Below, in pieces: positions 56,136 to 64,000 of a DNA stretch of 64,000 bases (positions are counted from its first letter, which is position 1; each line of letters starts with the position of its first letter). The notes beneath the pieces were generated by a model that saw only the letters and a list, made by a program, of their open reading frames with translations, was not told the origin of the DNA and did no database searches. Made by a program: the position numbers and the translations under genes. The DNA comes from Geosiphon pyriformis uo1 (Eukaryota; Fungi; Glomeromycota), in the NCBI GenBank assembly GCA_016748015.1, contig JAAOMT010000258.1, forward strand, positions 2,173-66,172. The letters run 5' to 3'.

Positions 56136-56849
56136 TTGAAAAACTATATTGCTTATAAATGTGTGAGATTTCATAGAACATTAATTATGTATATATAGCA
56201 AGAGTATTAAAAGCAGAAAAAACAAAATCTCTAAAAAGCTAAAATTTATAACAAGAACATCTAGTTAAAAGCAGTTTAAATTCATATCACATATTAATAA
56301 ATTATTTATTACTACTTGAATTTATGTTATTATCACTTAATTAAAAAATATCAAATCATCTCCCTTTTATCAATACTTTATATTAATAAAATCTAACACC
56401 TAACCATACTGAAACAATAGTTTTTAATTACAGCTATTAATAGAATACTAATTCTTAATTTTTTTTTTATTTTTTTATTTTTATTTTTTTTTTGTTGTTT
56501 GTTAATTTACTAACTAATTAAAAAGATTAAGCACTGAGTAATTAATGTTAAGAATAGTCTGGTAAAAAATCCCAAAGAAAAAGTATAAAGTTTAAAAAAT
56601 TTACAAATAGCTTACCAAAAAGACATAACTGCCAAAATAAACCAGCCAGCATACTAGAAAAAGAAATTTAATGAAATTGCAATTTCGAGAGACTATAAAC
56701 ACAACCATTAAATCTCTGTCTATTATACAAAAAACTTAACTAAAACCTTCAGACAACTAAAATCTTCAGAATTACCAATTATACCAACTATTAAACACCA
56801 GTTATGAGTTTGTTATTTATTCCAACCACCCAAATAATTATCTGTAATA

Positions 56850-57292
56850 ACAGAAACAACATGACCAGGAATTTTTTCTATTCTAGAAACATGTTAAACC
56901 AAAAAATTATTCATAATAATTGCCACTTTAGCTCCAAAAAAATCTTTATTAAAACCAAAGGTAAAAATTTGTACTCTATCAAATTTGTTTATAATTTATA
57001 GTCTAATACTAGACTTTAATTTTATTTTTGTAATAATTGAAATCATATTATTTAAATTCACATACCAGTAAACAATATCTTTTTGCTTTACAGAAACATT
57101 GATACCTTGAATATTACAAGTAGCAAACTTCTATACCAAACTAGTTATTAGTAGAAAAAAATATCTGATTCCAAATTATTATTGTCTATTTTGGTTAACA
57201 GATTCATAACCAAATTTGATAATTTGCTTATATTATCTTCTAATTTGGAAACAATTAAAAAATCAAAAACTACCACTTTTACAACAGTCTTA
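56850..57292 (-). pseudogene. LINE ORF1 end and ORF2 start (APE endonuclease N-terminus); continues at 15775
   Basis: KFATCNIQGINVSVKQ...GAKVAIIMNN...KIPGHVVS fits the APE N-terminal xNxRG and GVAI motifs. Confidence 0.8.
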
Positions 57293-57940
57293 CTACCCTA
57301 ATGATTATAATAAAAAAAATATAAAAAATATAAAAAAAATAAAATTTCATTAAGGAAATCATTTTCTGGTCCAGGCTTGGAATTACTAACAGATTACTGA
57401 AATTGGTAGCTAATCAATTTCAAAATGTTAATTGGATTTCAGAAAGTTTCAAGTGTAATTATAAAAAGTATTTGCTTTTTTAAATGTTTAATTTTTATTT
57501 GATTTATAAAGATAAGATAATTTTGAGTAAGATAAAATAAGATAAATTTAAAGTAAAATACATTTTTTTAGAAAGAAGCTCTTCTTTTATACAACTTGTT
57601 ATAATACTAATATTTGAACTTTTACTTTTCTCTTTGCTATAATTTCAGCAAACTAAAGATATATTTTGGTGAACTACAAATTATTTTTATAAACTATTGA
57701 TTATTTCGGCCAATTTTTATCAATTTTGGCAAATTTTTGAATATTAAATGGTTTAGAGTATTGTTTAATTTGATCATTTTAATTTCTATAATACAAATTG
57801 GATTATTAATTGAATAATAATATTTAATAATTTGGTTAAATAATAAGTAATAATTGAAATGATAATAATATTTGCTAGTTAATAATAGGAATTATAAGAG
57901 TAATTTCGTGCTAATTAATAACTAAATTTTATTAGTAACA
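57293..57940 (-). mobile_element. Truncated family X LTR, 5' ~650 bp
   Basis: The reverse complement matches 49583-50256; intact 5' end tgttact at 57940. Confidence 0.88.
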
Positions 57941-60839
57941 CTGTACATTATAAAAAAAGAAAAAAAAATAGAAATGTTTACAGTTTATAGTAAATAAAAC
58001 AAATTTAAAAACATTTCAACCTGAAAATATTACAAAAAATGAACACACAAAAATACTAATAACTTCAATATTATATTAATAATTAACAGTTCAAGAAGAA
58101 ATTATCTTAAAAAAAACAAAACAACAAGCAAAATATTTTATTACTTATCAAGATATATTATACCAAAAATACTTAAATCAGCCATTTAGAGTAATCACAG
58201 AATTAAAAAAAAAACAATACTGTTTAATATGTACTCAAATCCAATAGCAAAACATTTTTATAAAGAAACAACCATAAAAAAAACCAGAAAAAAATACTAT
58301 TGGCCATTTATGTATTTAGATATTATTTAATATGTTCAAAATTGTAATGCTTATTAAAAAAAAGGAGAAATAAGATTTAATAAACTACTAAGACCAATTA
58401 AAATAAGACAATCATTTGATCAAATCAAAATTGACTTAGTTAGACCATTAACAATAATCAGCAAAAGCAATTATTATATAGCAGTAGTCATAAACTATCT
58501 CACAAAATGGCCAGAAGCAAAAGCAATTTAAAAAACAGATGCAAAATTCATAGCCAAATTTATCAACCAAGATTTGATTTGTTCGACACAAATGTCCAAA
58601 AAAATTACTATTAGATCAAAAAACTCACTTTGTGAACAAAACATTAACAGAACTAAGTCAAAAATTTGGAATTAAGAAATTATTACTATTATCATACTAT
58701 TCACAAACAAATAGCTTAGTTAAAAGATTTAACAGAACATTATATAAAACAATAACCAAAATCAGCTAAAATATCCAAAATAAATAAAATTTGTTTATAC
58801 TATTAGTATTATTTGCTTATTAAACAATAAAACAAAATACCACATAAGCAATACTATTTGAACTTGTTTATAATAGAACAGCAACATTACCAGTAGAAAT
58901 AAATATTAACACATATTCAATCAAACTAATAATTGAAACCAACTTTTAAAGAACATTGCTAAGAAGAACATATAATTTAATCAAAACATTAGGAAACAAA
59001 AAATAAAAAGCAGTTAATAATATATAAAAATTATAAGCAAAACAAAAAAAATGAAATAATAACCAATTACCAAATAAACCAGTCAAATTCAAAATTAAAG
59101 ACAAAATATTTTTATATTATACCAAAACAGAAAAACAATGGAGTGAAAAATTTGATCTCAAATAAGACAGACCATTTTACATTAAAAAAATTCTAGAAAA
59201 TAAAGCTTTTAATTAAAAAAGAACAACAAAATTTTAGCTAAAGCAGTATATAAAAATTGACTAAAACTGTATCACAATACAGTATCATTATCTACCAGTA
59301 ATATTTTATAACTGAAAGTACAACAAATATTAGTACAACCAAATAAGATTCCACAAGATTTAGAACCAATTATAATTATCAATACAAATACATCAAATTG
59401 ATATATCAAAAAAGTATATAAAAAACCAATATACATAACAAAAATAAAATAAAAATAAAATAAAAATTACTAATAATATTTACTAACTTATACAATAATT
59501 GTTTCAATTAATCTAACACCAATAATTAAGCATAAAAATTACAATCAATCAACAAACTATTCAGTACAAATATAAAAAAAAAAGCCAAAATACCAATACA
59601 AAGTACACAAAAAATCAAAAAACATAGTAGATAATATATTAATAAAAGTAAGATTATTAATAAAAATACCAAAAACAACTACACTATATAAGAAATTAAC
59701 AGAAAAAAACTGAAAATAATGGACACAACAATTTCTAAGAAACTTTTGCTATTACTACTTGAAACAAAATCTTAATATTCAGAATTTGGATATTGACAAT
59801 ATAAAACAATTATTTAACATAACAATATTGTACTAATTCAAACAATTTGTAAGAAAAAACAACTTATTTATACAAACATAAGTTATATATTAGTTACAAG
59901 CAGAATTTTAAGACTAACCAAAAATATTACTTTATTTAACAATAAATACAGTAATTATTAATCAATAAGAAAAGATTACTAATACTTAATTTAAAGAATT
60001 ACAAATCAAAATTTTCCAAGTAATTTTTGAAAAAAAAATCAAGAAGTTAATTTAAAAAAGAGAATTAGAAAATTTAGAAAATTTTAATAAAGCTTAATAT
60101 TAAAAGAAAAAATAATATTACTTATAGAAATTTAGGAATTTTTAATAAGAATATAAAGTAGCCAATTAAAAATAAGTGTAGTAAAAGAGGAATTTCAAAG
60201 AATTGCAGAATTCTAAAAATTTCAGAATTTTTCTCAAGAAATTACAAGATTTCAGAAATTTTGGAATTTCTGGTTATAAAATTAAAGAAATCCAAAAAAT
60301 CTTATATAATATTAATTATGTATATATAGTAAGAGTATTAAAAGCAAAAAAGACAGAAAATTTAGTTTAAAATTGATAACCACAATTAAATAATTATCCA
60401 ATATTCTTTCTTTCAAAAAGTAGTTTTCTACAACTTAAAGTAAAATCAATCATATTAATAAAATATCAAATTATCACCTGTATTTATGTTATTTTTATTT
60501 TTTTATTTTTTTTGTTGTTACTAATTGATTAAAAAATTAATGTGTAAAGTTATTAATATTAAGAAGTACTGGTAAAAAACTCAAAAAACAAAAGTAAAAA
60601 TTCAGAAATTAAGAATAGCTTATCAAGAAAAACTAATTATTAAGTTAAGAAAAAAATTCATAGAACAAGCTTCTGAAAAGATACTGAAATAACTATTGAA
60701 TCTCTTTTTATTATACAAAAGACTTAACAAAAACTTTTAGATCCTGAAAACTTTTAGATTTACCAATATTATTAAGCTATTGAGCACCAAGTTATGAGTT
60801 TGTTATTTGTTCTAACATCTCAAATAATTACTTATAACA
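57941..60839 (+). mobile_element. Gypsy element G remnant: RNase H end, integrase, ORF3, PPT, 3' LTR (60116-60839); duplicate of element A
   Basis: Colinear with 7773-10395 and shares the LTR/LINE junction seen at 2790. Confidence 0.88.
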
Positions 60840-63233
60840 CTAAATTAACAGATACTTCAAGAATTATCATTTTTAATTTCAAGCCATCTCTTAATAATCA
60901 AAATCTTTAAACTACTTAACTTAAAATTCAAAGCTTTATTCTTTACAACATAAAAAAAGAAAATAGATAATATAAACAAATCTTTCAAAATCATATCTAA
61001 ATCCAAATTTGAACTTAAATACACAAAAATAGCTGAAAAAAAAATATAAAAAACAGATATTACAGATACCAGTTTTATAAAACTTAATTTTTATGCAATA
61101 TTAGATATTTTATTTGCTAAAAGCTTCAAAAAGCATTTTAAAAAACCAAATAAGCATTTAAAAAAAAGTTATTTGATAAAATAGAAGAAAAGTTTTCATT
61201 AGAATCTAAAGCATGAAGAAAAAAAGAGCCAGAACCAGAACTAACAAATAAATTATTAGAAACAGAAATTATTAAAACTATTTAAGCTCATAATTTGTTA
61301 CTAAAAACAGCAAAACAAGAGATAGATATGTTTTTTTTAACATACAACTTAGTCAATTAAAGAGAATTTTTATTCAAAACAAATCTTTTAAATATTCTTT
61401 AAGATAGAAAAGTAAAAAAACCAGAAGCACTGTATTTCAAAATAAAATGACCAAAATATTTATTTATTTTATATTAAACCAAATCTATTCCAGTCTAAAA
61501 AAATTTTACATTACTAAAAATTGCCTCTGTGCAAAAGACAAATTTTAGCTTCTTATATGATTCAAAACCAATTACAGCATAGCAAATTCTGTTGCCAGTT
61601 TTAAATAATTAATTATAATAAAAGTTTTTTTACCAATCTTTTCTAATAAAGTACCAAGATTATAAACAGTTGTTTTTATAAAAAAAGTAAACAAAAAAGT
61701 TTTATGATTTTTCATAGCTTTTATTATACATACTGAATTTTTTTTAATTAAGAATAATTATTTTAATGCCAACAAATCAGCTTAACTTAATTCAATAAAT
61801 TTTACCATAATTTTTTGCTATAATTCAATTAGTTATAAATGAAGTGATATAATTTGACTATATTTGGCTATTCCAGCAACAATCATTTCTTTTGGCATAT
61901 TCATGAAAATTTTTTTAATTATTACAATCCAATCTGACTTAATTTTTTGTCTTTTAAGATTGCTATTTATTTTGATTTCTTTTTTTTCAACCAATAATGC
62001 AGCCTTATTCATATTTTTTTCTGAAGTAAATATTAATTTAATAATTTTTTCAAATTTTGAAAAAGTAATAATTTCTCCAAAACTATTGATTATTAAAAAA
62101 ATTTTCTGATTGTTTAAGTTTTTGTTATAACTAATTTGTCTTTTATCATAGATAAATTAATATTAAGAACAAAAAATTTTTTAATAAATACTTTAACCTG
62201 AGTTTTAACAATTTTTGGATCAATTTATCTTTTGTCAAAAAAAATATTAAGAAAGAAAAGAAAATGTTTTTTGTTTTTATTTATCCCATAATCAATTGAA
62301 CCAATAGAAGAATCATAAACCAAACTAGTATTTATTTTCTTAATTTTAGTGATATTTGCTACCAAACCAAAAAAAGAACTATTATTAACATTTAATAAAA
62401 TATTATTATTCTTATTATTACCAGATTTTCTGTCCATATTTGAATATATACTGTTACCAATACCAAATTTAACTAAAAAAATATCTTTTTTATCTTTAGA
62501 ATGCTTAATATTACCAACAAACATCTTTTTTTGGGAAAAAAAATCTCTAACAGAATTATGAAAAACTCTTTTAAGTGTTTTTTTAAACATAATACTGTTT
62601 AAAGCAGTTATCAAGTTTATCACAAAAAAATTATTTGCTTAAGAAATATTTGAAAAAAATAACAAGAAAAAAATAAAAATTTCTTTTTTAAAATTATACT
62701 CTTTGAAAAATTTGGAACATAAGAGAAAAAAAAGTTAAAAACTTAATTATAGTTTTTTATTAAAGACAAATTAATTATAATTTAATTAATATAATATTAT
62801 TAAACTTAAAAAATACAAAAATTAAATTTTTTTAGAAAATTATTTTGATAATTACTTTTAATTTAAACAAACATTTATATATTATTTGAAATATAACTTT
62901 TTGAATTTATTAGAATACATTAGAAAAAAGTTTATTGTTTTTTTTTAAAATTAAAACATAAAAATAATTTACATAATAATTGAAATAAACTTTTTTAAAT
63001 ATGATGTTTTATTATTTATAATATTATTTTTAATTTATTTTAGCAATAATAAAACTTTTTAAATATTATTTCTGCAAAAAACAAAAAAGTATTTTATTAT
63101 TTATAATAAAAACAATTTAAATTAAATTAAACTTAATTTTTTATTTTGTTTAATTTGTTTTTTTATTAACTTGATCTAGTCAATAGTTTCAGAATTTTTG
63201 GAATTGGTTTTTTATTAATTTTTTAACTTATAT
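60840..63233 (-). mobile_element. Eroded LINE-like 5' part and ORF1 pseudogene; inverted duplicate of 483-2789
   Basis: Reverse complement is colinear with 483-2789; ORF 62225-62623. Confidence 0.65.
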
Positions 63234-63234
63234 A

Positions 63235-64000
63235 TTTTTTTTTATTAATTAATGAGTGCAACCTAATCACTATCTAGCATACAGAGATAAAGCAAAATAT
63301 CCCAAACTAAATGTGGCTCATGTACTTATTACATGTGACCAGCCACTCAAACTCATTAAGGCAATATTACACATTCACCAGAACCTTATTACCATTATCC
63401 AAACCAGAAAAGAACAAACAATACCTACACAAACCAAAACTAACAGCAAAAAATTTTATTACATTTAGCATATAAACAATATTATCAGATAGCAACCTGA
63501 ATAAACCATGTGGCAGAGCAAAAACCTCATCATTATCATGAACCAGACTAACTTTTTCCATACTAACCCTAAACTTAGATCTCAACAACCACAGATGATC
63601 ACAATGATTACCTGCAAGATGGCAAACAAACTTGACAACAGTCAACTAGACTTTCTTCCTGTCACCAAAAATGAAAACAGTCTCATCAATCCAATCTTGA
63701 AAAACAAAACTTTTGCACAAAATAGCATATATATTGACATCTGAAGCATTTGCAAGTGTGTTCAGCACTGAAAACGAAACAGAAAAGTGAATTCCCACTA
63801 AAGACTTCTATAATTCAATGTGACTGGCCACAATCTCTGAACGCAAAAACAAATCCACAGAACAAGTAAAAGCATGTTCAGAGAATTTAATGTCATCACA
63901 CATCAGACACAAAACACTTGAGTAACCAATGTCATACAACCTCTTACAGACAGCCACTGACAATCTACCATAAACAGCTTTCATCAAATAAGTGTGCAGG
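63235..64000 (-). mobile_element. 3' end of a younger LINE: ORF2 C-terminus, ~120-bp 3' UTR and short poly(A); runs off the window
   Basis: C-terminal knuckle CLMCDDIKFSEHAFTC near 63860-63910, ORF 63367-63645, and aataaaaaaaaa on the minus strand at 63235-63246. Visibly more GC-rich than its neighbour. Confidence 0.8.

Larger units (their letters stand above)
15776..56849 (+). mobile_element. Gypsy element E, outer element of a 41-kb nest: 5' LTR split (15776-16236, 17157-17170 flipped, 46317-46714), body 46715-55891, 3' LTR 55892-56849
   Basis: The 5' LTR pieces are colinear with the 3' LTR. TSD acaa (15772-15775) / acag (56850-56853). Removing the element restores the LINE frame ...HVVS-VQLFFK.... 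Confidence 0.85.

Noticed and set aside
57293-57940. Possible missing 5' LTR of element B
   Set aside because: The flank (acag in element orientation) does not match B's atgt, and the host position and relative orientation differ, so it is an independent insertion.
57145-60840. Joining the LINE ORF1 at 60840-63233 to the LINE piece at 56850-57292
   Set aside because: Each appears to carry its own, different ORF1 C-terminal region and no TSD links them.
483-63233. Giant DNA transposon (Polinton- or Starship-like) with long terminal inverted repeats
   Set aside because: The arms are LINE and LTR fragments with a shared insertion junction. I found no transposase, recombinase, polB, cargo genes or terminal motif.

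Overview
This is a very AT-rich eukaryotic window made almost entirely of decayed retrotransposons. I found no host gene, RNA gene or CRISPR array. From memory the eroded proteins resemble repeat-derived hypothetical proteins of Glomeromycotina fungi (Geosiphon-like); this is unverified. Two families of Ty3/Gypsy LTR elements are present, both ordered Gag-(CCHC)-protease-Cys-rich domain-dUTPase-RT-RNase H-integrase-extra ORF3, plus pieces of at least three LINE-type elements. LTR ends and 4-bp target-site duplications (TSDs) let the history be reconstructed. A LINE ORF2 is split by a 41-kb nest, element E (15776-56849). E's 5' LTR holds element D and a solo LTR, and D's LTRs hold elements C and F. 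A 90-bp spacer between two inverted LTRs has been flipped, a 7.6-kb inversion (about 2817-10395) cuts one RT gene and one LTR, and the two window ends are an inverted segmental duplication. All copies show heavy C>T/G>A erosion. The most novel-looking features belong to the Gypsy elements: a putative 74-nt intron spanning the LTR end and the PBS, a conserved Cys-rich domain with dUTPase inside pol, and a non-env ORF3. Element letters A-G are my own labels, and internal domain coordinates are approximate.
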